A stretch of DNA of 64,000 nt from Gammaproteobacteria bacterium (GTDB lineage Bacteria > Pseudomonadota > Gammaproteobacteria > JAJFKO01). The DNA lies in the NCBI GenBank assembly GCA_028284465.1, contig JANQRR010000023.1, positions 1,894 to 65,893 on the forward strand. Reading direction: 5' to 3'. The notes under the pieces were generated by a model. The model made no database searches. It saw only the letters and a program-made list of their open reading frames with translations, and was not told the DNA's origin. The position numbers were made by a program, and so were the translations under genes. This document shows, one piece after another, positions 41,139 through 49,839 of the stretch. Numbering within the stretch: the stretch's first letter is position 1; each line of letters opens with the position of its first letter.

Positions 41139-41591
41139 TCATTTTGAATCAGGAACTTCTACTACATCTGTAACAAATTCGCGTGCAACTATTTTATTAG
41201 CATTCTCAACAGCAACGTTATTTGCTTCGTTTAGTTCTCTCGTTAATCTGACGTTTTCTGCTGCAAGCTCGTTATAATCAATTTCTTTTTGAGCAAGTTG
41301 ATTGACCAAATGCTGTTTTTCATAATTTAAAGAAGCTGCTCTTGCTTGTAAATTAGTATTTGCTCTTCTCCAGCCTTCAATACTATTTTCTAAAGCAGCA
41401 ACTTTGTCTTTAGTTTTTTGGCGTGTTTCGTACATAGCAATTGAATAACACAAAGTAATTCCCATCCACAGGACAGCAGCTATTCCCATTGGAGTTTCTT
41501 CATATCGTTGATGATAACCAATGAAAAGCATGGTAGCACCAATGCCCCACCATAGCACAAAGCGCCATGCACTGCTGAACAATTCAATCAT
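41139..41591 (-). CDS. Membrane protein with two TM segments and a coiled coil
   Basis: Two hydrophobic segments followed by heptad repeats. Confidence 0.6.
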   Translation of the reverse strand: MIELFSSAWRFVLWWGIGATMLFIGYHQRYEETPMGIAAVLWMGITLCYSIAMYETRQKTKDKVAALENSIEGWRRANTNLQARAASLNYEKQHLVNQLAQKEIDYNELAAENVRLTRELNEANNVAVENANKIVAREFVTDVVEVPDSK

Positions 41592-41599
41592 AATTTTTC

Positions 41600-41920
41600 C
41601 TAGCTGTAATGGGATAGAACGTAAGATCTGGGATCGTGATGATAGGCAGCATTGCCTATGGTCTTGAATAGTAAGTTGAATGCTCGCGTTTCTAGTTCTG
41701 CTGTGATGTTGGCAGTGAGCATCTGAGGGCCATCACCAAACCCATCGTAAATGTCAGAACTCTGCAAGATAATACCAACAGCGCTATACTTACCGCACAT
41801 ACCATCTCGCAAAATCAACTCATCTTCCTTTAGTGTATCAGGATCGTAGTCTTCCATATCGAACGCATCATACGGCAAATTGTAACCATAATACACATAA
41901 TCGGTTCTAGTCGTGCTCAT
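41600..41920 (-). CDS. Hypothetical protein
   Basis: Start at MSTTRT, overlapping the HNH stop. Confidence 0.55.
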   Translation of the reverse strand: MSTTRTDYVYYGYNLPYDAFDMEDYDPDTLKEDELILRDGMCGKYSAVGIILQSSDIYDGFGDGPQMLTANITAELETRAFNLLFKTIGNAAYHHDPRSYVLSHYS

Positions 41921-42353
41921 AATTCCACATGTCCTGCTTCGTATAAGTGGTGATAGCCCATTCAAATTGAATGGCCGTCTTTCTACGATGGCAGTTTGCA
42001 CATAGAACCTGACACTTGTCAATCTCTTCTTTTATCTTTTCAAGGGAAGATCCGTCACGAATCATTTTAGAAATATTTTTGTGTTTCTTGCCACGACAAT
42101 GATCAAATTCGAGAACTACAGGATCGCTCTCGCCACAACATTCACAAGGATGTTCTTCTAAATATTCAAAAACAAAACGACGATTTCGTTCAATAATTGC
42201 TCTTTTCTGTTCTCGCTGTCTTGGTCTTTCGCGTTGCTGATCATAAAAACTAACGCAAGATTTGCAAATATAATTTAATCCATCAGGATTTTTAGAACAT
42301 TTAGAAAAGGCTTCAAGTGGTTTATTAATTTTACATTTAGAACATTGCTTCAT
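41907..42353 (-). CDS. HNH endonuclease (homing-type) with N-terminal Zn finger
   Basis: CSKC..CKSC; CECCGE, LEFDH and LCANCHRRKT; adjacent to tRNAs. Confidence 0.88.
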   Translation of the reverse strand: MKQCSKCKINKPLEAFSKCSKNPDGLNYICKSCVSFYDQQRERPRQREQKRAIIERNRRFVFEYLEEHPCECCGESDPVVLEFDHCRGKKHKNISKMIRDGSSLEKIKEEIDKCQVLCANCHRRKTAIQFEWAITTYTKQDMWNYEHD

Positions 42354-42412
42354 AAAGCATCTCCATATTAACTTTGGACATGCTTTATTTAGTGCCGCAG
42401 AAAAGCATCTAT

Positions 42413-42486
42413 TCCCGACCCATGGATTCGAACCACGCCTTCCAGATCCACACTCTGGCGTGCTTAACCGCTAACACTAAATCGGG
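42413..42486 (-). tRNA. tRNA-His(GUG)
   Basis: Cloverleaf CCCGATT/GGTCGGG; anticodon arm CCAGA-GTGTGGA-TCTGG; T loop TTCGAAT; A73; no encoded CCA. Confidence 0.85.
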
Positions 42487-42678
42487 AATTAGAAATATCG
42501 GAAAGTTTTTTGCTTTATGTCACCACATTTTTCGCACTGTAAAATGTGTATTGCGCCTATAACACGATCATCTTCCGCAATTGATATTTCGCCTTCTTTA
42601 TAAATGGTCCACTTGTGTTCACAAGTCTTGCCCCATATCAACCATTTTAATAATTTGATCATGTTCTGCTTTCAAAAG

Positions 42679-42752
42679 CTGGAATAGTAGGAATCGAACC
42701 TACCATAAACTGGTTAACAGCCAGTCGCGTCCACCTTGTTCGCCTTATTCCA
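42679..42752 (-). tRNA. tRNA-Asn(GUU)
   Basis: TGGAATA/TATTCCA acceptor; ACTGG-CTGTTAA-CCAGT; GTAGG-TTCGATT-CCTAC; G73. Confidence 0.9.
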
Positions 42753-42761
42753 TTGCTTATG

Positions 42762-42836
42762 TCTGAGTGATTGGATTTGAACCAATGGCCTCCTGCGTCC
42801 AAGGCAGGCGCTCTACGCAAGCTGAGCTACACTCAG
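42762..42836 (-). tRNA. tRNA-Pro(UGG)
   Basis: CTGAGTG/CACTCAG; CCTGC-CTTGGAC-GCAGG; ATTGG-TTCAAAT-CCAAT; A73. Confidence 0.92.
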
Positions 42837-42838
42837 TA

Positions 42839-43207
42839 TCACTTAACACATTGTCGAAGTTTACGACAGCGTTCAGGATGCATCAAACGGCAAGCTTTGT
42901 CAATTAAATGTGGGACTTTTTTTGCAGCGAAACAGTCGGCTTTATATTCATTTTTAATGCCTTTCGCATGCGCACATTCGTGCCAGAACACGAACTCAAA
43001 ACCATGTCTTTCAGCCAAGAAAGGATTGATTACGATAAATCCTTTGCGGCCACCAGCGATCTTTTTGTACTGAAAATCAACAAGAATAATGGCATCATCA
43101 CAGTGATACCATTTGCCTTTATGCTTTATTCCTGATTTTCCTTCAGCAGTAAACAGTATACTGAACACCAATAAGAAAGAACCAGCCAATAAAAACTTAT
43201 TAAGCAT
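42839..43207 (-). CDS. Secreted HExxH-motif protein (putative metallopeptidase)
   Basis: Signal-peptide-like N-terminus; FWHECAH...EYKADC. Confidence 0.55.
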   Translation of the reverse strand: MLNKFLLAGSFLLVFSILFTAEGKSGIKHKGKWYHCDDAIILVDFQYKKIAGGRKGFIVINPFLAERHGFEFVFWHECAHAKGIKNEYKADCFAAKKVPHLIDKACRLMHPERCRKLRQCVK

Positions 43208-43398
43208 TATCCGCCTTTAAACCAATTAGTAGCAACCTTAGTTCGCTTTAGTTTGGTATACTTTCGTCTATTATGTCTATTCGTAGCCATATAATCTACT
43301 TCATCAATAAGAATTTCTTTTGAAATAGAATTTCTATAATCCTGTTGTTCTTCTAAAGTTTTAGGACTATTACGAAAGCATCTAGCTTTTTGCTTCAT
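43207..43398 (-). CDS. Small basic hypothetical protein
   Basis: GGAG SD; TAATG-coupled to the next gene. Confidence 0.5.
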   Translation of the reverse strand: MKQKARCFRNSPKTLEEQQDYRNSISKEILIDEVDYMATNRHNRRKYTKLKRTKVATNWFKGG

Positions 43399-43414
43399 TA
43401 TATCTCCAAAGTTT

Positions 43415-43980
43415 TAGGCAGCACCTACTTAATGAAGCGGGTTGCGATCCCTGACAGTATCAATCCAGGTATGAAAATCAACTTGCCGGTGCTCCTAACT
43501 GGTTAGTATCAGGGGGTTATTTTGCTGGCCCCCTGATACTTGGCGCACTTGAGAAACCACGAGTGCCCCGGACAAATTCGACGCCAACTACTAAGCAAGT
43601 GCCGTCGTTTACGTTTCTAGCCACATGCAGCAACACCTGTACTGCTTTTTAGGCATCAAACCGAACTGCTCCATCTGTTACTAACATCTTGTGTACCCAA
43701 ATGTTAGCCAAACTTCTCCCTTGCCGCGAGCGTATAGTAATTCGCGTTTGCGCACATAGAGCTATGAATTCACTTACCATGCAAGGGTTTCTAATGCTCT
43801 TTCAGGGACAGGCGACTTCACTTATGGCCATTCTGACGATAAGATCCATTTTCCACTCAGACAACTTGGATTGCCTATTGAGCAACTTTCCTCCAGGGTC
43901 TTATTGGCTACTTCCAAGTTCACCAACCGAGTTCCCGGTATGCGTTGTATTACACCATCTGCCCCTGAAAGGGCACTATT
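43415..43980 (-). ncRNA. Unidentified structured non-coding RNA(s), about 560 nt
   Basis: No credible ORF. Stems at 43505-16/43529-40 (12 bp), 43863-70/43913-20, 43681-87/43701-07 and 43415-25/43488-97. Confidence 0.5.
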
Positions 43981-43984
43981 AGAA

Positions 43985-44847
43985 TAAGCTGAGATTACAC
44001 CTATTCATGGAAGCCTTTGAACCGTACGGCATAGCCTTGCGAGCTGCCTTAATCCTTTATCCACTAGGCGGTTTTTACACCTATCCTAGTATCTTCCAGT
44101 GCTGCGTTTTTTAAGTGGTCGCGTAACCACTGTCATACGTAACTAATCGTCCATCATTATTACACTTGCCTTGCGAGCAATTAGGCTTTGCGGGCCATGT
44201 CGTCATTCCGAACAAACTTCTCCACCTTGCGAGTTTTGAAGCACTACATTCCGTTGCCGGTGTAGTATTAAGCACCTTTCGTTACGTACCGAGGCAGTCT
44301 TTGCTTTTAAACATGCAGTTCAAATGCACGCTGGACAGGGATCGAACCTGCTACCCACAGATTATAAGTCTGTTGCTCTACCAATTGAGCTACCAAGCAA
44401 ACCTACTAAGATGTGCTGCCTCGGTTGCTTCATATCCTTTTGGGATACAAAATACAACACACCTTCTGTCTTTCGCCTTGCGAGCTACTAAACCATCTTT
44501 CGAGATAACGTGAACGTGCCCCGTTACCTTTGAGATTACGAGCCTACCCTTGTGCGCTAACACTCGGATCATCTCGACACACGTTGATTTTCAGTTCTCA
44601 CAATATTTGCGCGTACTAGTGCAACTGCCATTGCTTAACTACTCACCGATTCGGCTCTGTAGCTTATCCTTTCGGACTAAAACTATTGCTTTAAACTTAG
44701 CACCACCTGATTTGATGATGCCCCTTTCGGGAAATCCATGCTTTTATAGCTGGGCCATTGCTGGTGGAGATATGTAGGCTTTTCTCCGTTGGGCATGTCG
44801 CCATGCTTATCCTAATGACGCTATACCGCCAATTTCTTCCATTCGAC
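43985..44847 (-). ncRNA. GOLLD-like giant structured RNA (about 860 nt) with an embedded tRNA-like domain
   Basis: Has its own promoter, four CTCGCAAGG motifs, GAAA tetraloops and a duplicated GTAATCTCA; lies in a tRNA cluster. Family call is from size, context and recalled motif style, not a covariance search. Confidence 0.65.
44327..44399 (-). tRNA. tRNA-Ile(UAU)-like element with an imperfect acceptor stem
   Basis: GCTC-AATTGGTA-GAGC; ACAGA-CTTATAA-TCTGT; GCAGG-TTCGATC-CCTGT; acceptor TGCTTGG/CCAGCGT is mismatched. Confidence 0.7.
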
Positions 44848-44853
44848 TCTTGT

Positions 44854-44882
44854 ACCTTACTTCAGTCGTTAACCTTTGTCAA
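44854..44882 (-). promoter_or_regulatory. Sigma70 promoter driving the giant ncRNA
   Basis: TTGACA-17 nt-TAAGGT. Confidence 0.8.
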
Positions 44883-44885
44883 CAA

Positions 44886-45188
44886 CTAAATTCGATTTTC
44901 TGCTTTTTTTCTTCCTGGCGTCCAGTGAAATCCCTTTTCCCAACCAGCCGGAATTTTAGCATACTTACTAATGCGCTTAGTTTCCGTACCATTGGTGATC
45001 GACTTGGTATTCTTGCCGTGATGAGGAATGCCTTTTGCTCTGTTATCAGCATGGTGTTTTAGATGAGCAAGAGACATTTTCTTCTTTGTCTCTTCACTCA
45101 AATTCCACTTAGGCATAGCAGCCACACGCTTCTTTTGCGTGTTCGAAATTTTCTTTTTCGTTGCTGCGCTATGTACTTTAACAGGCAT
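44886..45188 (-). CDS. NUMOD3-repeat DNA-binding protein (no nuclease domain)
   Basis: HSAATKKKIS and LSEETKKKMS motifs; C-terminal IPAGWEKG. Confidence 0.7.
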   Translation of the reverse strand: MPVKVHSAATKKKISNTQKKRVAAMPKWNLSEETKKKMSLAHLKHHADNRAKGIPHHGKNTKSITNGTETKRISKYAKIPAGWEKGFHWTPGRKKAENRI

Positions 45189-45217
45189 GACTATCCTCTT
45201 TCATTTTGCCTAGTTTT

Positions 45218-45293
45218 TGGTTGCGGGTGTCGGATTTGCACCGACGATCTCCAGTTTATGAGACTGGCGAGTTAACTACTTCTCCAACCCGCA
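45218..45293 (-). tRNA. tRNA-Met(CAU), initiator-like
   Basis: TGCGGGT/ACCCGCA-A-CCA; A11-U24; anticodon loop CTCATAA; T loop TGCAAAT. Confidence 0.85.
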
Positions 45294-45409
45294 TTAAAGA
45301 TAAATCTTGGCTGCGATCACTACCAAACCAGATATTATGATCGCTCTCAACAGTGGAAACAAGTGATTTCTTGCTGCACTACGATACGGACAGTTCTTCT
45401 CTGCTTCAC

Positions 45410-45625
45410 TCATTTTTCTCTACATCTAATTGTCGAACCAGTTGCGTACACATTGAGATCTTGCTTTTGGCAATACTCAACCATAATTTTCATTCTTTTT
45501 GTTTTTTCTTGCTCGTCAAACTTATGCATATCACCAGTGAACTTTAACAAGAAAGCCATTGATACCATCACAGCACCAGCCATACCAATCGCAACAAAAA
45601 CTGTTTCAAGTTTGTCAAATTTCAT
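45410..45625 (-). CDS. Small single-TM protein
   Basis: MKFDKLETVFVAIGMAGAVMVSMAFLL. Confidence 0.5.
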   Translation of the reverse strand: MKFDKLETVFVAIGMAGAVMVSMAFLLKFTGDMHKFDEQEKTKRMKIMVEYCQKQDLNVYATGSTIRCREK

Positions 45626-45801
45626 GACTTCACCATTGCAGGTATATTTAATACCAAAGCTACAACTGTCAAGACAATTAATGTACCAATCATTGTTTTT
45701 TTCCACAGTGAGGACAGAATTGTTCTTTTGGTTCCCAACCATCTGTAGCTACAGACCACCATAGCTTACAGAACTTGCATGTAAAGTAATAGATCGTTTC
45801 T

Positions 45802-46790
45802 TTATACAACAGACATTGCCAAGAAGCAAATCAATGCTAGGACTATTGCTGCTATACTTAAATTCTGATACACGACTTTTTTATAATGGTCAACATGAAA
45901 ATTCTCGACTTCCAACTTTTCCATGCGATCCTGACCAAACACGTCTTGCGTTAGATGTTCGCCATAGCGATCCCTAAAATGGTTACGATGAACCAACTTT
46001 TCGTCCTGAGATTTCATTTCTTATTTGTTGCCTTATTATTTCTTCTGTGAGATTTGACATCTTTACTTGTATTTCAAACCAAACTGTAGCTTCTACGTCC
46101 AAACTAATATCAGGATGATAGTAAGGATCAACCTCAACTACACAATCGATCTTATTCTTGCACGTATAAGATGTCATTATTCATCTCGTCTTTTAACGCA
46201 TGACTTATTGTATCAGGATGAACGTCGCTTATTTTTCCATACACATGACGCCAAACTTTAGATTCTACAAAAATAGATACAAAATCTGTATTCCACGGGC
46301 GGGGAGATATTACTCGCTTTATTGTATATCGCAATCTAGCCACCAAATACTGCCACACAAACAATGATAGTAAGAATAATACCGGCCATTACAAAACCCA
46401 TTATAAAATCATGATGCATATCTTTGTAGAAATCCTCACCTAACTGTTCAAGAATTGTAAGATCGTACGGATTATCGTGCTCAAAGATAATCGGTGCATT
46501 ATTTGATTGTTGTAATTCAGCTAACGCTTCAGCATATGATTCATGCCTTACTTTGCCATGAATAGGGCTTACTATTGGATAGTTCATCATCTCACCACTA
46601 AGCTAGCAAAAAATGCCACAATAGCAATAGTAAACGCAATAACCAATATCTCGACTAAGACATCAGTTCTTTTTTCTGTTGACATGTTTTTGGGGAATAT
46701 TCTCACGCCAGAACATGTGCGAACTATGATTAAAGCCACAGACAAAAATACACTCAAAAGAGTGTACCATATGATTTTAATCAGTGTCAT
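45802..46790 (-). CDS. Coupled small ORFs: membrane proteins (45802..46017, 46336..46590, 46587..46790) and LxxEF-family variants (array C: 45983..46177, 46152..46364)
   Basis: Overlapping starts and stops; C-terminal IRQQIRNEI and ISHALKDEM. Confidence 0.55.
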
Positions 46791-46798
46791 GACTAATC

Positions 46799-46980
46799 CT
46801 TAAAACTTTGATCGAGATGTTCAGCTAACACTCAGAATCCTACTTTTCCCGTTTGGTGTGGTACTTGTTCAGGTTCCCTGTCGAGTTAAACAGACTTCTT
46901 TGCTTCATGTACGCGCGACTATGGCCACTATAACAAAGCGTGCAGACTCTATAACTCAACATCTCGATCAAAGTTTTAAG
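46799..46980 (-). ncRNA. 6S-RNA-like 182-nt rod with a central bubble
   Basis: Perfect 23-bp closing inverted repeat, continued by G-U-containing stems only on the minus strand; central unpaired bubble; abuts the tmRNA 3' end. Confidence 0.55.
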
Positions 46981-46981
46981 T

Positions 46982-47300
46982 GGTGGGTTTCTGTTTCCAG
47001 GTACCCACCGAACCCAGACTAGGCCGCTTGTGCCAAGTCAAGTGGTGCATTATCGTTTGCATCTAGTTACGGGCCGCGATGCGGTGCTTGCCATGCCGGT
47101 TGCCTAAACTTCCCCTACGTCACCAGTCGATCCTATTTCACGCCCATCAGAAACAATCTCATCCCACTTGCTTTCACAGCGTGATCTCTGTGGTCAGTCT
47201 CAACATCACTTCAAGGGCATTTCTGCCGAGATTGTTTGTGGTGGACGTGACGGCTTTGCAGCCGTGTCCTGTCTGATTTCGAAGTCGCCTCAAGCAGCAA
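46982..47300 (-). ncRNA. ssrA: Circularly permuted (two-piece) tmRNA, alphaproteobacterial type
   Basis: Acceptor piece ends CACGTCC-A-CCA at 47239. Coding piece starts GGGCGTGAAATAGGATCGAC at 47145, giving a G3-U70 pair. Tag 47060..47019 reads ANDNAPLDLAQAA-stop. Confidence 0.93.
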
Positions 47301-47306
47301 CGATGG

Positions 47307-47337
47307 TATTTATAACAAATCAAGTTTCAGTTGTCAA
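47307..47337 (-). promoter_or_regulatory. Composite sigma70/late promoter for the tmRNA
   Basis: TTGACA-17 nt-TATAAATA; the -10 box is also an exact T4 late consensus. Confidence 0.8.
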
Positions 47338-47630
47338 TAGTGTATTTTCTTTGGTTGTACAATTTCCAGCGCTTCACCAGTAGAAACAACACATGCCATC
47401 ATGTTAGGCGCTGTCATGAATAACGTATATGATCCTTTTTTACGATTGCCCCACAACTCCATCATGGGACCACTCTTTGTCAAGGCTATAGACAGTTGTT
47501 CTTCTTTAACTTTCTCTAGAACTTTAACTAGTCCATCACGAGGACCACACTTACCTACTTTAACGGGTGCTGACAATGCTGACGTTGCCGTGGACGTCAG
47601 AATGATTGCGGCAACTAGAAGATTTTTCAT
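47334..47630 (-). CDS. Small secreted protein with two Cys
   Basis: Signal peptide; C..RD...MELW.N...GSYT...C pattern. Confidence 0.65.
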   Translation of the reverse strand: MKNLLVAAIILTSTATSALSAPVKVGKCGPRDGLVKVLEKVKEEQLSIALTKSGPMMELWGNRKKGSYTLFMTAPNMMACVVSTGEALEIVQPKKIHY

Positions 47631-47667
47631 TAGATTTCTCTCTGTTATTTCTTCTATTTACCATGCC

Positions 47668-47696
47668 ACTATGACGCATCTAGACAGGCTTGTCAA
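47668..47696 (-). promoter_or_regulatory. Sigma70-type promoter
   Basis: TTGACA-17 nt-CATAGT. Confidence 0.6.
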
Positions 47697-48676
47697 CAAA
47701 ATTATTTCTTAATTCCTCTATGATCTTAGATAGCAACAGAACATCATGATATATCATGGGCATTAGTTCATGCTTAGACAATCTACCAATTTGTGCCTCA
47801 ACACTATTTTCATATTTGCTTGCAAATGCAGTATAAACTTCAGTGTCTAACACATTATGTATTTGATTCTTTAAAAGAGATCTAGATGGTGATTCATTCA
47901 TCAAAATCTATCTCCAATGCATTTATGATACCGTCTATTCTACCAAACAAACGCAAATCATCGCTGATTATAGCATCCCATGCGGCACAAATCTTACTAT
48001 AAGCATCAGGATTTTTAGCAATTATTTGATTAAAAATGCTATCATCGAAACGCTTTTTCGCGTTGAATTTAATATCACTCATCAAATTCTTCTTTCAAGA
48101 ATTCAAGCACATCAGGCAAACGACCAAACAATGTCATGTCATCATTCCAGCCACAATTTAAGAATCCGTCATCGACATTTGTATCTGTATATGCTTCAGT
48201 ACCAGCAACAGCATGAAACACCATTCCATCAACCAAACCATGAACAGCGTCCGAGATAATTTTTTTATGCACAAAATTGTTCATTTTGTAATTGTTCCCT
48301 AATTTGCTTCAGTGCTGTTCCATCAACAACTGCTGGTTCCAATTTTCCATCAGATAGCACATCATTTTCTATACCAAGCGAAATGCCGTTGTGTGTTTCT
48401 GCTTGATCATACATATTCTCATCCAAAATTTCAAACATTTCGTCTGAAATATGATCATTTATTATGATACGCACTCAAAATCTCCAATCTTAATTGTTGC
48501 CTGATTATTGATGCTTTGCTGCCTTCATTGTTGAGAATTATTCCGTAGTTCCATCCAGTCAATCTAAATTTATGAAGAATACGCATACGCAAACCATCAT
48601 CCACAAATTCGTGTTTAACGGACGCATGAAACACTTCATTATCTGTTAACCGTTCTATCTTATTACACGCCATCAT
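47680..48676 (-). CDS. Array D: five coupled micro-ORFs of the LxxEF family
   Basis: C-termini IRQQLRLEI, IREQLQNEQF, VLEFLKEEF, IINALEIDF and IIEELRNNF. Confidence 0.75.
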
Positions 48677-49108
48677 TTAATCACCATGCAGAAAGTTTCT
48701 GTCGTCAAGTGCGTTTTTGATGAGCCAATTACGACTATGGATCATCTTCATAATATCCTGCAACAGATCAACCTTTATCTCAGCTTCTTGAGCTTTCAAG
48801 TCGATCTTAAGCAATTCAGAATCGCCGTCAAGAATGTCTTTAATATCTGATTTTAGGATGGTGCGATCCGGCATTTCCCAGCCAAACTGATCAGCAACCT
48901 CTTGCGTTGGATTGATCAGAAATTCGTTCTTCTCTGATCGCATACGCTTGTACAAAAATTTGGCCTTAGCTATCTCTTTACGTGCGTCTATTAGCATCTT
49001 GTAGTACTTGGCGTGTAATTTTGGGATATCTCTCGACTGATCCCCTAAACCAATCTCATTGATTGGTGCATCATTATTCCATTCATTAATTATATCTTCA
49101 GAGTTCAT
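48677..49108 (-). CDS. uvsY: Recombination mediator UvsY
   Basis: IPKLHAKYY, ILKSDI...DGD and IHSRNWLIKNA; next to uvsW. Confidence 0.88.
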   Translation of the reverse strand: MNSEDIINEWNNDAPINEIGLGDQSRDIPKLHAKYYKMLIDARKEIAKAKFLYKRMRSEKNEFLINPTQEVADQFGWEMPDRTILKSDIKDILDGDSELLKIDLKAQEAEIKVDLLQDIMKMIHSRNWLIKNALDDRNFLHGD

Positions 49109-49788
49109 GAAATTCCTTCTTTAATTCTTGTTGTATATTGTTTTCAATAATGTAATCAATAGCATACTCTACTTGATTACGCACAATTACCATTGTTCGC
49201 GTTTCATATTCTTCGTATATAGGAGCCATCATTAGAGCATGGTTTCTACGGACAATATTTTCTGATAATTTGTTATTCAATTCTATCATCGAAACTCTGC
49301 CCTTAAATATTCCAAAATTTCATTCTTTTGATTATAAGCTCTTCTTGGTTGTTTTCCACGAAACCACAAAGGCGGCAAAGCTCTTAATGGTCCTTTCTCA
49401 ACAGGAACATTATACCACAACAATTTTTGTATTTTAATATCCACACGCCTAGACAGATTTTCGATTGAAATCATTTTGTAATTTCTCTGTTACTGGAGCC
49501 CACACCCTTTGATCTGCAATTTCTCTATGTCGAGTAGCATCACTTACTGAATTGCGTACATTATATCTCACAATCTCTTCTAATATACAATTGGGATTCC
49601 ACCAACAAACATCTGTCAGTGTTTCTCTTAGTCTTCTATTATGAATAGAACTCATCTTCCAAAGCTCCCTTAATACCAAACAGAATACCATCCACAAGTT
49701 CCATGTACCAATAAAATTCCTGAGTTGGAGGAACTTCGTCTGTCGGTATATCCCGACTTACTTTACGGACAATTTTGTTTTTCAGCAT
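49098..49788 (-). CDS. Array E: four coupled micro-ORFs of the LxxEF family
   Basis: C-termini IKGALEDEF (49639..49788, manual), VTEKLQNDF, ILEYLRAEF and IQQELKKEF. Confidence 0.75.
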
Positions 49789-49839
49789 ATCAATCTCTCT
49801 AAATACCTAACGGCCCATAACGCACCAGGAAGGATCATA

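Noticed and set aside
43860-43900. GAGGAAAGT (minus strand) resembling the RNase P RNA CR-I motif
   Set aside because: It is not followed by CC, and I found no matching CR-V/P4 partner.
43689-44777. ORFs 43689..43982, 44166..44513, 44390..44572 and 44550..44777
   Set aside because: They lack convincing SD or protein motifs and overlap a tRNA-like fold and dense RNA helices.
45645-45672. TTGACA on the minus strand as a promoter
   Set aside because: There is no good -10 hexamer at 17-nt spacing, so it was left uncalled.
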